In this document: positions 1 through 8,848 of the stretch, in pieces | Layout: each line of letters starts with the position of its first letter | How positions within the stretch are numbered: the first letter of the stretch is position 1 | Program-made: the position numbers and the translations under genes | The notes under the pieces: model-generated | What the model was told of the DNA's origin: nothing | Seen by the model: the letters and a program-made list of their open reading frames with translations, nothing else | The model's database searches: none | DNA from: a virus | Taxonomy: Duplodnaviria > Caudoviricetes | Reading direction: 5' to 3' (one strand) | Virus record (IMG/VR): IMGVR_UViG_3300021091_000080 | Location: 1 to 60,664 of that record | DNA: 60,664 nucleotides

Positions 1-391
1 ACCAATTACGCACAATCTCATGTGCTCTATTATCAAAATTTAAAAGTTTCTTGATGTGATCAAATTCATTTCTGATTTTTATTTTTACACCAGAACCTAC
101 TTCTAAATTATCTAAATTTATTTCTACAGGACTATCGTTTGCGTCACTAACAATAAATTCATTTACGACTTCATCAACAGCACTATCCACTTCTGGATGA
201 AGTGCCATATCACGATAACGACGGATCAACTCAAACTCGTTACGAGCTTGAGATGCATTATCAGTTTCTACATACGTTCCGTAGTAACCGCCTGCTGCAA
301 CCGCAATTGGGTCATCAGCAGAAGGAGGGACAGGGGATTGTCCCTTCTGTCCCTCCTTACGATTAATTTGGAAGCCAAAGAGTTGACTCAT
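1..391 (-). CDS. gp20: Portal vertex protein, 5' part (runs off the window edge)
   Basis: Not in the ORF track. Translated by hand from the ATG at 389-391: MSQLFGFQINRKEG...NEFELIRRYRDMALHPEVDSAVDEVVNEFIVSD, the T4-like portal N-terminus. Follows gp19 as in T4. Confidence 0.95.
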   Translation of the reverse strand, partial: MSQLFGFQINRKEGQKGQSPVPPSADDPIAVAAGGYYGTYVETDNASQARNEFELIRRYRDMALHPEVDSAVDEVVNEFIVSDANDSPVEINLDNLEVGSGVKIKIRNEFDHIKKLLNFDNRAHEIVRNW

Positions 392-419
392 GATTACTTA
401 TTCAAATACTGCTTCCAAC

Positions 420-427
420 TATTTATT
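420..427 (-). promoter_or_regulatory. T4-type late promoter (AATAAATA) for gp20
   Basis: Matches the gp55 late consensus NATAAATA about 30 nt upstream of the start codon. Confidence 0.6.
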
Positions 428-1013
428 AGACTACTGGAAGTGAAGAAACTCCAGCTCTGCTTCCTGCTGCTGCAGTGAAGTATGAATATTGCCATTCAAC
501 TGTAAATTCTTCAATTTGATCATTGCTATCATAAGCAACATCAATTTGAGAAACGTTAGTTGGGAAGCAGTACTTCAGTGTATATGTTCTCAAAATAGCA
601 CCTTCTGTGCTTGCATCTTTTTCAAGTTGCTTAACACCAAGGTCTGCCATATAACCAGCAGAGTTATTTGGAACAAACAGAGGAGCTGTATTTGCCTCAT
701 GAGTGTTGATGCTATTTGCCCATTGCTCAAAGAATGAGCGTAGTTTGAAGTCTTTGTCGTTGAAGAACGTTGTTGTCCAAGTATCGAAGGTTCTATCACC
801 AGCGATTTTGACTGTTCTTCCACGGAAAGGAACTTCAATTACTCCTAGGTTTGATCCAGGGAGAGCAGCAGACTTACAAAGAAGATTTGAAAGATTTTGA
901 TCTGCTGATGCTTTTGCTAAAGCTGCGGGGAACTGAACATCGATCAGGAACATGTTGGGCTTCACGCCCTGACCGATAGTTTGTAGGAATGAACTTACGT
1001 TTGACGATGCCAT
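426..1013 (-). CDS. gp19: Tail tube protein
   Basis: Motifs LPGSNLGVIEVPFRGRTVKIAGDRTFDTW and DQIEEFTVEWQY; synteny. Confidence 0.97.
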   Translation of the reverse strand: MASSNVSSFLQTIGQGVKPNMFLIDVQFPAALAKASADQNLSNLLCKSAALPGSNLGVIEVPFRGRTVKIAGDRTFDTWTTTFFNDKDFKLRSFFEQWANSINTHEANTAPLFVPNNSAGYMADLGVKQLEKDASTEGAILRTYTLKYCFPTNVSQIDVAYDSNDQIEEFTVEWQYSYFTAAAGSRAGVSSLPVV

Positions 1014-1051
1014 TAGTGGTTACCTCTGTGATGTTTTTCTTATATTACTAA

Positions 1052-2977
1052 TTATCTACCGATTACTTCAGCAAATGAGACGCCCGTTCTAGTTGCCGTT
1101 ACGGTAACAGTTACAAAGTTAATCGAGCGAGTTGGCTTGAGGTAAAGTTCGGCAACGAATTCATTTCTATCAATAACTTCTGGTGGGTTATTTGATTCAT
1201 CACAAACAACGAGGAAGTCAGTTACACCTCTACGTGCTTGAACTTCTGATAGGTAGGACGAAATCGAAGCAGAGAAGTTGCTACGAGTTGTGCTATCGTT
1301 CTGCTCAAAGAGTACTCCTTCTGCGAGTGCTCTTGCTCTCTTTTCTACATTCAAGAATAAACGACGAACGTTAATTCTGTCAAATGCTGAAGGTGAAGCA
1401 AGGGCAGTTTTATCACCGAAGAGGACAGGACCAGAACCTGGAAGTGAAACGATTGGGTTTATTCTATTGCTGTAAAGATCATCTCTCTGTGCCTTGTTAG
1501 GATTGAAAGCAAGTTTTACAACGTTTTGAACACCACCACGATTTAGACCAGCTGGTGAATACCAATCATCAAGGATTGCTGAAGTGGAAACACATAGACC
1601 AGCAACATCACCATTACATCCTACATAACGATACTTATCGTTGAAACGATCATATGAATACTTGATACCACTATCAAGAACAACGTATGAACTTGAAGCA
1701 ATACCGCTAAAGAAAGCAACTGTATTTGCTAATTGAGTTGCTGGAGAAATTGCTACACCACCAGCAGTAGCAACTTGGTTGCCAACATATGGTGATAAGA
1801 AAGCAACACAATCCTTTCTGCTGTTAGCAACTGCTGCAACTGACTGTGCCTTAGCAAGAGTATCGGTTTCATTACTCATTGATCCACCCATTAGAACGAA
1901 ATCAATTGAGGTTGCTTCTGTATCTAGAAATTCATCATATCCTGCACCAATTTCTCCAGATGTATAGGCATAATCGTCTACACCACCAGAGAGAGTGCCA
2001 CCAGCACTATGGAGAATTCTTGCTAATTCTTTAGGAGATGCTGCAGTAGCACCATATGCACTAGCAGCACTGCCAGGATCTTCACCCTGTGTTGTGATAT
2101 CTGTAGATGCACCTGAAGTAGCTAGTTCATTTCCAGCATAAACATACCCAGAGAATTCGTTGAGTGCGTCTTTCCAATAGGTTGAATTTCCTTCTGGTGA
2201 TTTAGCATCAGAAACTTTTGAAAGATATGCGAAACGCTCAACAATTGAATTATCTCTTTCGTCAATAACAGCAACATGAACTTCATCAAGTGATAGATTA
2301 CGTTCTGCTGCCCAAGGTGAAGTTCCAGGACGAGGACCAATTGCCTTGAATGTTAGACCAGTTGATCCGATTGCCTCAGCATTCCAATCTGAATTGGTAT
2401 ATGCAGTAACTGTTTCACCAGCACCAGCAGTTGGAGTTCCAGATCCCTTGACAATTAGGAAACTGTTTGCATTCAAAACTTTATAAACTTCATGAGTTGA
2501 TGCGTTACCAGCGGTATATGTTCCACCTACTGTTAGACCGTGTGCTGTTTTTGTTACTTTAAAGTCAGCACCACGATCAACAATTACTACTCTATAGTAG
2601 TTACCTTCTGTTCCAGCGTAACGAGCAACAAATCTTTCTGTTGTTACACCAGCTTCAAATGATTCTTTATCAGCAACTAAAACTCCAGTTCCAGATTTTG
2701 TTGCATTTTTTACACCTGTTTGAGCACGGAGAACTGCTAGTTGACCACCATAGCGGAGAAACTCAGCAGCAACTAACCAATCAGAAGCATTTGCCTCAGC
2801 TGGTGTTCCGAAAGTATCAATCAGTTCTCTTTCTGAAGTTACGTTTACGATTTTGCCTACGGGTCCAGTGCGGAATGTGGAAGAAAAACCAGCACGAATT
2901 GCTAGTGCTCCTGTAACTACGGCATTGGATAAATCACGCTCCTTAATAACGACACCAGGCGAGACTTGACTTGCCAT
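1052..2977 (-). CDS. gp18: Tail sheath protein
   Basis: N-terminal SPGVVIKERDL; WYSPAGLNRG, FGDKT and FDRINVRRLF motifs. Confidence 0.97.
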   Translation of the reverse strand: MASQVSPGVVIKERDLSNAVVTGALAIRAGFSSTFRTGPVGKIVNVTSERELIDTFGTPAEANASDWLVAAEFLRYGGQLAVLRAQTGVKNATKSGTGVLVADKESFEAGVTTERFVARYAGTEGNYYRVVIVDRGADFKVTKTAHGLTVGGTYTAGNASTHEVYKVLNANSFLIVKGSGTPTAGAGETVTAYTNSDWNAEAIGSTGLTFKAIGPRPGTSPWAAERNLSLDEVHVAVIDERDNSIVERFAYLSKVSDAKSPEGNSTYWKDALNEFSGYVYAGNELATSGASTDITTQGEDPGSAASAYGATAASPKELARILHSAGGTLSGGVDDYAYTSGEIGAGYDEFLDTEATSIDFVLMGGSMSNETDTLAKAQSVAAVANSRKDCVAFLSPYVGNQVATAGGVAISPATQLANTVAFFSGIASSSYVVLDSGIKYSYDRFNDKYRYVGCNGDVAGLCVSTSAILDDWYSPAGLNRGGVQNVVKLAFNPNKAQRDDLYSNRINPIVSLPGSGPVLFGDKTALASPSAFDRINVRRLFLNVEKRARALAEGVLFEQNDSTTRSNFSASISSYLSEVQARRGVTDFLVVCDESNNPPEVIDRNEFVAELYLKPTRSINFVTVTVTATRTGVSFAEVIGR

Positions 2978-3012
2978 TTTTTTACCTCTTAGATATCAAA
3001 TTTATCTAAATC

Positions 3013-3020
3013 TATTTAGA
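3013..3020 (-). promoter_or_regulatory. Late promoter (TCTAAATA) for gp18-gp19
   Basis: CTAAATA variant of the late consensus, 36 nt upstream of gp18. Confidence 0.55.
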
Positions 3021-3060
3021 AATTAGTAATGTTCAGACGGGGAAACCATGCATGAACACC

Positions 3061-3285
3061 TTACCAATCTGGATAAGACCAGGCATCAGTATCTTTTTTT
3101 CTGCTTCCTAGAATTCTCTTGACAGTACAAGACTTACATTCGTAAGAATATGCTGATGGAAATGGTCTTTTATTTTTTCTTGTCAAATAAAAATCGGTCA
3201 GTAAATCTTTTACCTTTCCACATGTTCTACATTTTCTCTCTGTAAAAATAAGATGCTCTAAAGAAAACTGATCTTCTAAATCCAT
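3061..3285 (-). CDS. Small C4 zinc-finger protein
   Basis: CRTC...CKSC. The likely start is the ATG at 3283-3285, overlapping the gp17 stop (TGATG coupling), rather than 3297. Confidence 0.75.
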   Translation of the reverse strand: MDLEDQFSLEHLIFTERKCRTCGKVKDLLTDFYLTRKNKRPFPSAYSYECKSCTVKRILGSRKKDTDAWSYPDW

Positions 3286-4937
3286 CAGTAGTTCCACATA
3301 TATGATACTTCTTCTTGAGTATTACCATACTCCCAGAGTGATCCATCAGCATCTACAAAACTATCATCTCCCATTCCATCATCAATAAAACCAAATGGTG
3401 CCATGTCTTGTTCAATTTGATTTCTTTGTTCTTCATAGATACGACGCCTGACATCCTGATCCGTCATCTCTTTGAAATACTCTTGCATCACTAACCAAGA
3501 GAATAATACAAGACACATTACCAAGTCATCGTGATATCCTTCGTCAGCTTCCCACGCCATCTTTTTCTGAATGAAGGTAGTGAGTTCTTGGAGGATCTCA
3601 AAATCTCCAAACATCAACTTGTCTTCTTCAATAATTGCTTTGAGATTAGCGCAACCAAGTTTCTTGACAGTCACGCTCATCTTGACGCCCAGTTGAGTTT
3701 TGGTTCCAGAGAAACCTGTACCAACAATTTGTCCTGCTCTACCACGCATCGCACACATCAACACGTTAGGATACTCAAGATCATAGTTGAGAGTGGCAGC
3801 AATACTGTCACCAATATCATTTACTTCTACCAGAATATATGGTAGGTTATATTCTTTTGCTACCTGGAGGATGATCGAGGGAAACAATACAGGTTTAACT
3901 TCATTATTTCTGTACTTTGCCACGACCTTATACGGCAGTGTGGTGATATCAAACACGACAAAAGCACTGTAGTCGCCACCAATTCCTCTGGCAACATCAA
4001 CAGTAATAATATATTCGTGATCTTTTTGTACTCTTTCGTGAATATCAAGTCCTGCATTGGATGTAATTGGGTCTGAAAATGGTATGTTTTGAAGCTTCGC
4101 TGGACTGATAAGTGTATCAGCAGATCCAAGAAAGTCGCATTCAAATTCTTGTGCGAATTGTCGTTTGGAAGTATTCTTGAGCGTCTCTTCTTTCCACTTA
4201 GCATCTCTACCAGGAACTTGCGACCAGTGTACCTCATTCATTACATAACCATTCTTGCCGTTCTTAGCATCGATCCACATCTTGTAGAAGTGGTTCATGC
4301 CATTCGGCGTTGAAATGATCATGACTTTCGTGCTTTTACCAGAAGTAATAGTAGGATAAACAGAGGCAAAGAATTGCTCTGCAACATGGTTTGGAACGAA
4401 AGCGAATTCGTCGAGGAACAAGATATTGAACGACATGCCTCTGACAGCAGACGCAGATGTAGAAGATGCCAGAATTTTTGATCCGTTTTCAAGTTCGACA
4501 TTACCTTTGTTCCAAACAACGACACCATGCTGCATCCACTTTGGTAAATTTTCATAAGCAAGTTGAAGTCTACTTAGAAGCTCCCTCGATGTGGAAGCCT
4601 TATTAGCCAGAATACCAATATTAACGCTATCAAAGAATATTGCATAATAAAGCAAGTAAGCAACAACCGTAGTGGACTTTCCTGTTTGCCTTGGGAGTTT
4701 TGCGATGTTAAATCTGTTTTCATGGAAGTCTTGCAAAATCTTCTTCTGAAAATCATACATCTGGAATGGCACTAAACCTTCATCTAGTGAGATAATCTTA
4801 ATATAATTTTCAGCAAAATAAACTGGATCACTCTTACACTTGATCCATTCATTGATTTGTTTTTTAGTGAACGATATTTGGGTTCCTGCCTTCTTTAGAT
4901 TAGGATTGCCCAAATAGACATCAGTACCAGCTGCCAC
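3285..4937 (-). CDS. gp17: Terminase large subunit
   Basis: YLGNPNLK, Walker A PRQTGKST, Walker B ILFLDEFAF, nuclease motifs VDVARG and HDDLVM; GTG start. Confidence 0.98.
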   Translation of the reverse strand: MAAGTDVYLGNPNLKKAGTQISFTKKQINEWIKCKSDPVYFAENYIKIISLDEGLVPFQMYDFQKKILQDFHENRFNIAKLPRQTGKSTTVVAYLLYYAIFFDSVNIGILANKASTSRELLSRLQLAYENLPKWMQHGVVVWNKGNVELENGSKILASSTSASAVRGMSFNILFLDEFAFVPNHVAEQFFASVYPTITSGKSTKVMIISTPNGMNHFYKMWIDAKNGKNGYVMNEVHWSQVPGRDAKWKEETLKNTSKRQFAQEFECDFLGSADTLISPAKLQNIPFSDPITSNAGLDIHERVQKDHEYIITVDVARGIGGDYSAFVVFDITTLPYKVVAKYRNNEVKPVLFPSIILQVAKEYNLPYILVEVNDIGDSIAATLNYDLEYPNVLMCAMRGRAGQIVGTGFSGTKTQLGVKMSVTVKKLGCANLKAIIEEDKLMFGDFEILQELTTFIQKKMAWEADEGYHDDLVMCLVLFSWLVMQEYFKEMTDQDVRRRIYEEQRNQIEQDMAPFGFIDDGMGDDSFVDADGSLWEYGNTQEEVSYMWNY

Positions 4938-4960
4938 AACAAAATTTAGTCACTACCTAG

Positions 4961-4968
4961 TATTTATA
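4961..4968 (-). promoter_or_regulatory. Late promoter TATAAATA for gp17
   Basis: Perfect T4 late consensus 24 nt upstream of the start. Confidence 0.7.
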
Positions 4969-5194
4969 CCAGGCGTTCTTTTTCCAAGTCTTTGTATCTC
5001 TTCCTCCAAGTATCACCACCTTCCTCACCACGTTTGGGATTGATACATGTATCATCTCCAAGATTATTACAGACCAACCCAGCAAGATCTAATTCGTTGC
5101 CAAGTTTATTTGTGCCAGTCCAGTAGTGCTGTTCACCAATCCACATAGCACCACATTTAGGACAAGTTTTTGTGTTCATTATTGTATTTTTCAA
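4964..5194 (-). CDS. Hypothetical Cys-containing protein
   Basis: CPKC...LAGLVCN...CINP; the true start may be the second Met (MNTKTC). Confidence 0.75.
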   Translation of the reverse strand: MKNTIMNTKTCPKCGAMWIGEQHYWTGTNKLGNELDLAGLVCNNLGDDTCINPKRGEEGGDTWRKRYKDLEKERLV

Positions 5195-5387
5195 GGAACT
5201 TTTGGAAGTCGGTGGTATCCTTAATCAGTTGCCTCTTAAGTTTCCACCCCATCCATTTCATCTGAACTCTAACGAACGCATAGCGTACCTGAAGGTCAGC
5301 GTAAGCAAAGAGTTTCAAAGTTTCATCAACCCCAGCGTATGCCACTAGGATTGCGAAGAACACGATAATAAAATAAGAACCGTACAT
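5157..5387 (-). CDS. Small membrane-anchored hypothetical protein
   Basis: Hydrophobic N-terminal helix YFIIVFFAILVAYAG; TATAAT upstream. Confidence 0.75.
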   Translation of the reverse strand: MYGSYFIIVFFAILVAYAGVDETLKLFAYADLQVRYAFVRVQMKWMGWKLKRQLIKDTTDFQKFLEKYNNEHKNLS

Positions 5388-5409
5388 ATTGTAACTCTCT
5401 GCTACAAAT

Positions 5410-5464
5410 ATTATAAGCTATGTAGCAAAAAATAATGTTACGTTTGGTTACAAATTGTTTAAAA
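5410..5464 (-). promoter_or_regulatory. sigma70-type promoter (-10 TATAAT at 5410-5415) with HLR1-like direct repeats at 5437-5464
   Basis: Plus strand GTTACGTT-tg-GTTACAAA-tt-GTTTAAAA resembles the RpaB-binding HLR1 motif (G/T)TTACA(T/A)(T/A)-N2 repeat. Confidence 0.45.
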
Positions 5465-5531
5465 TATCTTATATTAAATATAAGATAAGTATTACAAAGA
5501 GATTTTAGGTTCAGAGTAATATTAAGAAATA

Positions 5532-5681
5532 CTACTCTTTCATAGAGTATTGTTCTCTATAAACTTTCAATCTCTGTACAATATCGTCATACTGTTCCCA
5601 CATCCACTCGGAACCAGTATTTTCTTTATAATATTCGCACGCAATAATAAGACGTGCGATATCTTCTTCTTTTAGTCTCAT
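5532..5681 (-). CDS. Hypothetical protein (49 aa)
   Basis: Hand-called: MRLKEEDIARLIIACEYYKENTGSEWMWEQYDDIVQRLKVYREQYSMKE; fills the gap on the coding strand. Confidence 0.75.
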   Translation of the reverse strand: MRLKEEDIARLIIACEYYKENTGSEWMWEQYDDIVQRLKVYREQYSMKE

Positions 5682-5719
5682 AATTTTTTGACACTCTAGA
5701 AGTAATTATACTGTATTTT

Positions 5720-6208
5720 CTAGCAATTCCACGCACGAAGCGATTTGTTGATCCTACTATCTGGATCGCTGGCAGTTTTCTTGGAGGTTAGCTTTGATTT
5801 CATGCCTTTCATTCTGGCACAAAATGACGCCCTGCGGGGATTTCCAACCTTCTTTGAAGGTGCTTTAAGGTCGCTTCCAGGATTTTCTTTTTCATAAGAT
5901 TTACGCCCCTTCTCATTCAGACCTCCTTTTTTATTCTGTCCTGCTTTACGAGTCCAAGCAGCACCTTCCTCCAGTTCAAAATGATCTGATAGGTCTACGG
6001 ATAGGTCTAATTCTTCTCTCTTAACTGATTGAATGGGAACAGCAAAACGATCCCATGCTTTCTCACCATAGCAGCATTCTTTTCTTGTCTCTGGTTTTTG
6101 GCAGAGCTTACAGAAACGAACTTCTTCTTCCTTTTTCTCTTTTGCTTTTTCGGCAATAAGATTTCTTGCAAGTTCAGCAAGATCTTTGATTTCTTTAAAG
6201 TCTTTCAT
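5720..6208 (-). CDS. Basic phage protein, probably DUF6321-like, possible internal head protein
   Basis: C-terminal GGLNEKGRKSY...RRASFCARMKGMK...LRAWNC; acidic N-terminal part ending LEE-GAAW. Confidence 0.7.
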   Translation of the reverse strand: MKDFKEIKDLAELARNLIAEKAKEKKEEEVRFCKLCQKPETRKECCYGEKAWDRFAVPIQSVKREELDLSVDLSDHFELEEGAAWTRKAGQNKKGGLNEKGRKSYEKENPGSDLKAPSKKVGNPRRASFCARMKGMKSKLTSKKTASDPDSRINKSLRAWNC

Positions 6209-6216
6209 TATAGAAT

Positions 6217-6474
6217 CTAACTTAAGATAGGATTATTATCTTTATCGTGACGTTGATACGCAGCAGGAGTTCTGACTGTATTATCAGATTTTCTTGCTTG
6301 ATATGTTCCAGGGGTTCTTACTGTATTATCTAAATTTCTAGCAACGTAATTCCCATTCCATGCTTTGTATGTAATTGCAGACCAACCTTCAGTTCCACCG
6401 TAAAGTGTTATAGTATTGGATGTTGGTTGTGGGACAACTAGATTGTTATCTTTATCGTGTCTAATATAAGACAT
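6217..6474 (-). CDS. Hypothetical late protein with internal repeats
   Basis: RHDKDNN twice and DNTVRTP twice; late promoter GATAAATA at 6493-6500. Confidence 0.75.
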   Translation of the reverse strand: MSYIRHDKDNNLVVPQPTSNTITLYGGTEGWSAITYKAWNGNYVARNLDNTVRTPGTYQARKSDNTVRTPAAYQRHDKDNNPILS

Positions 6475-6500
6475 TTTTTACCATTTATTTTATATTTATC

Positions 6501-6905
6501 TCAACCGTCATTTTTACCCATCTCCTTGATCATCTTTTGAAGGTCAGCTGTAGAACCAACGAACAAAGAATTATTCGTGACGTTGGTGACCTTCTTATTC
6601 TCGGCATCTAGATCCTTCATCTTCTTCTGAAGATCTACAAGCTTGTCAGTCATATCTGCTACCTGCTTCATGGCGTTCACAGCGACTTCATACGCTCTAG
6701 GGTGTCCGCTCTCCTGTGCGACCTCCAAGGCGCCTTGTACCGCCTCCTGACCCTTGCTGATGAGGTTGTATAACTCCCCTCTGGTATATTCATAATCTTC
6801 TGTGCGGTCATCCTTATCACCATGCTTTATTAGAGCAGGTTTTTCTTGCTCGACAAGTTCAATATCAATATTTAATATTTCTTTCATGTTTTCTTCTAAG
6901 CTCAT
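6501..6905 (-). CDS. gp16: Terminase small subunit
   Basis: DYEYTRGELYNLI, HPRAYEVA and NNSLFVGSTADLQKM motifs. Confidence 0.95.
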   Translation of the reverse strand: MSLEENMKEILNIDIELVEQEKPALIKHGDKDDRTEDYEYTRGELYNLISKGQEAVQGALEVAQESGHPRAYEVAVNAMKQVADMTDKLVDLQKKMKDLDAENKKVTNVTNNSLFVGSTADLQKMIKEMGKNDG

Positions 6906-6907
6906 AA

Positions 6908-7717
6908 TTAATAGAATTCTATACCTTCATTAAATCCAAAATCATCTTCACCAGTCAATAGATTTGTATCTGCTGCATCTACATCACCATCACCATCTTG
7001 ATCCGTAAGTGCTTTTGGTGTATACTGATATGTAGCATTTCTTCTCGAAACATTTAGATCGCCAACAGTTTCATGAATAATTGCTTTCTTGATAACATCT
7101 GCTTGATTAAATGGTCCATAAACGTATGATTTTGCTGTGAAGCTAAGAGACCAAATAATACTTCTTCTATTAAGAAAACTTTCATCCCAATCATCTTCAT
7201 AATTGATGTTATTTAAAACAATAGCAATATCTTTCTTTTCATCCATATCAGGTATCATGTTAAGAGTTATATTAAATGATGGTTGAAAATATGGTAAAAT
7301 CTGTTCAAGAATTTGCAATCCATCATCTTGATTTTTAGCAATAATGCCTAATTCAAAATCAATATTGTATGGAACAGGTACATATTGCACTCTCAATTCT
7401 GTTCCATTATTTTCAATAATTTTTTTATATTTTTGAATAGGACTTGTTTTTCTTGCGCCGTCATATGAAACACCTGTCATTTCAAAATATAATCGTGGTA
7501 ATTGAATAGCAATGTTTTTACCAGCCCCAGCATTTGGATTTTGTTCCAATCTAGTTAAAAACTTTTGTCTGGGTCCATAAGCTAGAGGAACTTTTTCAGT
7601 TTCAATAATATCCCCAGTCTGCGGATTTCTTTTTTGCAGTTCTATATTATTGAATAGAGTTCCAAATGCAATAATATTTTTTCTTAATATCTCGTGATAA
7701 AAATGTGATCTTAACAT
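6908..7717 (-). CDS. gp15: Tail sheath stabiliser / tail terminator
   Basis: FYHEILRK..IAFGTLFN, VPLAYGP and QILEQILPYFQP motifs. Confidence 0.95.
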   Translation of the reverse strand: MLRSHFYHEILRKNIIAFGTLFNNIELQKRNPQTGDIIETEKVPLAYGPRQKFLTRLEQNPNAGAGKNIAIQLPRLYFEMTGVSYDGARKTSPIQKYKKIIENNGTELRVQYVPVPYNIDFELGIIAKNQDDGLQILEQILPYFQPSFNITLNMIPDMDEKKDIAIVLNNINYEDDWDESFLNRRSIIWSLSFTAKSYVYGPFNQADVIKKAIIHETVGDLNVSRRNATYQYTPKALTDQDGDGDVDAADTNLLTGEDDFGFNEGIEFY

Positions 7718-8847
7718 TAGATGCTACCTGTGTAATTTCCATATTCACCAAATGGATTTCTTTCAGTCCAATCTAGAATATCATCAGCATTATCTTCAAT
7801 ATCTCTGTTTTGATCGTAGTTGCTGTTAGTATTATTTAGAGTGTCAAAAGTAAATGGGCTCCACTTCGCACTAGATGTAATACCAGTAATCGTCTCGGCA
7901 GTAGTGAATATTCCAGTTCTATTAATAACCTCTAAAGTACGAGTTGCAGGATTCCAAGACTTGACCTCTGCTCTGTTATCTTTTGGTGAGTAGTCAATCG
8001 TAACTGTAGGAGCAGAGACGTAACCAGTTCCAGGATTGGTTAGCGTGATACCAGTTACAATACCATTCGCAGATACTACAGCAGTTCCTGTAGCTTGTGT
8101 ACCACCCGCAGGAGGTGCCGAGAACGTGACGACTGGAGGAATTGCTGGATTGTAGAATGCTCCACCATCGCTGATTGTAGTGCCACTCACAGCACCACCA
8201 GTAATTGCTGATGTTGCCCTTGCGAGGAACTCATCACCAACAATCTCTTCACCAACTGTGAAGTTACCAATACCACCAGGATCCATAACCAGCTTGATGG
8301 CAGCAGAGTATTGGGTTTCAATCTCATCAATTGTAGGAACTCCAGTATCTATTTCATCATCACCGAGTTCATAAATTTCTGCAGTCATTGTGTAGAATTG
8401 AATTCTACCAAATTGATAAAAAGGACTTTCTCGTTCTACAAATTTTATTTCATATAAATCTTGAGTGAGAGGAAAATATAATAGATCTCCCTCGTTAGGT
8501 CTTCCAGGAACGTTTAAAGCGGGAGAATATTGAGTGACAGATTGATCCCATCTACGAGTTGATACTCTAAATTTAACTTCATCAGTCAAACGTAATCCAA
8601 ATTTACTAATAAATTCTGATGTATCTCCAAACCCAGTCACATTTTCTAAAAGCATTTCTATTTGAAATTGTGATTGATACTTTGAATAAATGATATCATC
8701 TAAAGTATTTTCTTTCAAAATAGTTCTAGGAAGATAGTAAATATCAGATCCGAACAACTTAATTTGTTCGTCCGCTAGATCTTGATAGAGATTTTGTTCT
8801 CCAGAATATCCGCTATAATAAGTGGGAAAATGAGGACTAGTAGGCAT
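7717..8847 (-). CDS. gp14: Neck / head completion protein
   Basis: EQNLYQDL..EQIKLFG, SKFGL, RPNEGDLLYFP and NPFGE motifs; internal beta-rich insertion. Confidence 0.95.
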   Translation of the reverse strand: MPTSPHFPTYYSGYSGEQNLYQDLADEQIKLFGSDIYYLPRTILKENTLDDIIYSKYQSQFQIEMLLENVTGFGDTSEFISKFGLRLTDEVKFRVSTRRWDQSVTQYSPALNVPGRPNEGDLLYFPLTQDLYEIKFVERESPFYQFGRIQFYTMTAEIYELGDDEIDTGVPTIDEIETQYSAAIKLVMDPGGIGNFTVGEEIVGDEFLARATSAITGGAVSGTTISDGGAFYNPAIPPVVTFSAPPAGGTQATGTAVVSANGIVTGITLTNPGTGYVSAPTVTIDYSPKDNRAEVKSWNPATRTLEVINRTGIFTTAETITGITSSAKWSPFTFDTLNNTNSNYDQNRDIEDNADDILDWTERNPFGEYGNYTGSI

Positions 8848-8848
8848 C

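Noticed and set aside
3285-4937. Intein or intron in the terminase gene
   Set aside because: Continuous 550-aa ORF of normal length with no splicing motifs; the same holds for gp18 and the visible part of gp20.
5391-5405. NtcA box upstream of 5387
   Set aside because: Spacing is GTA-N9-TAC rather than N8, and it lies downstream of the -10.
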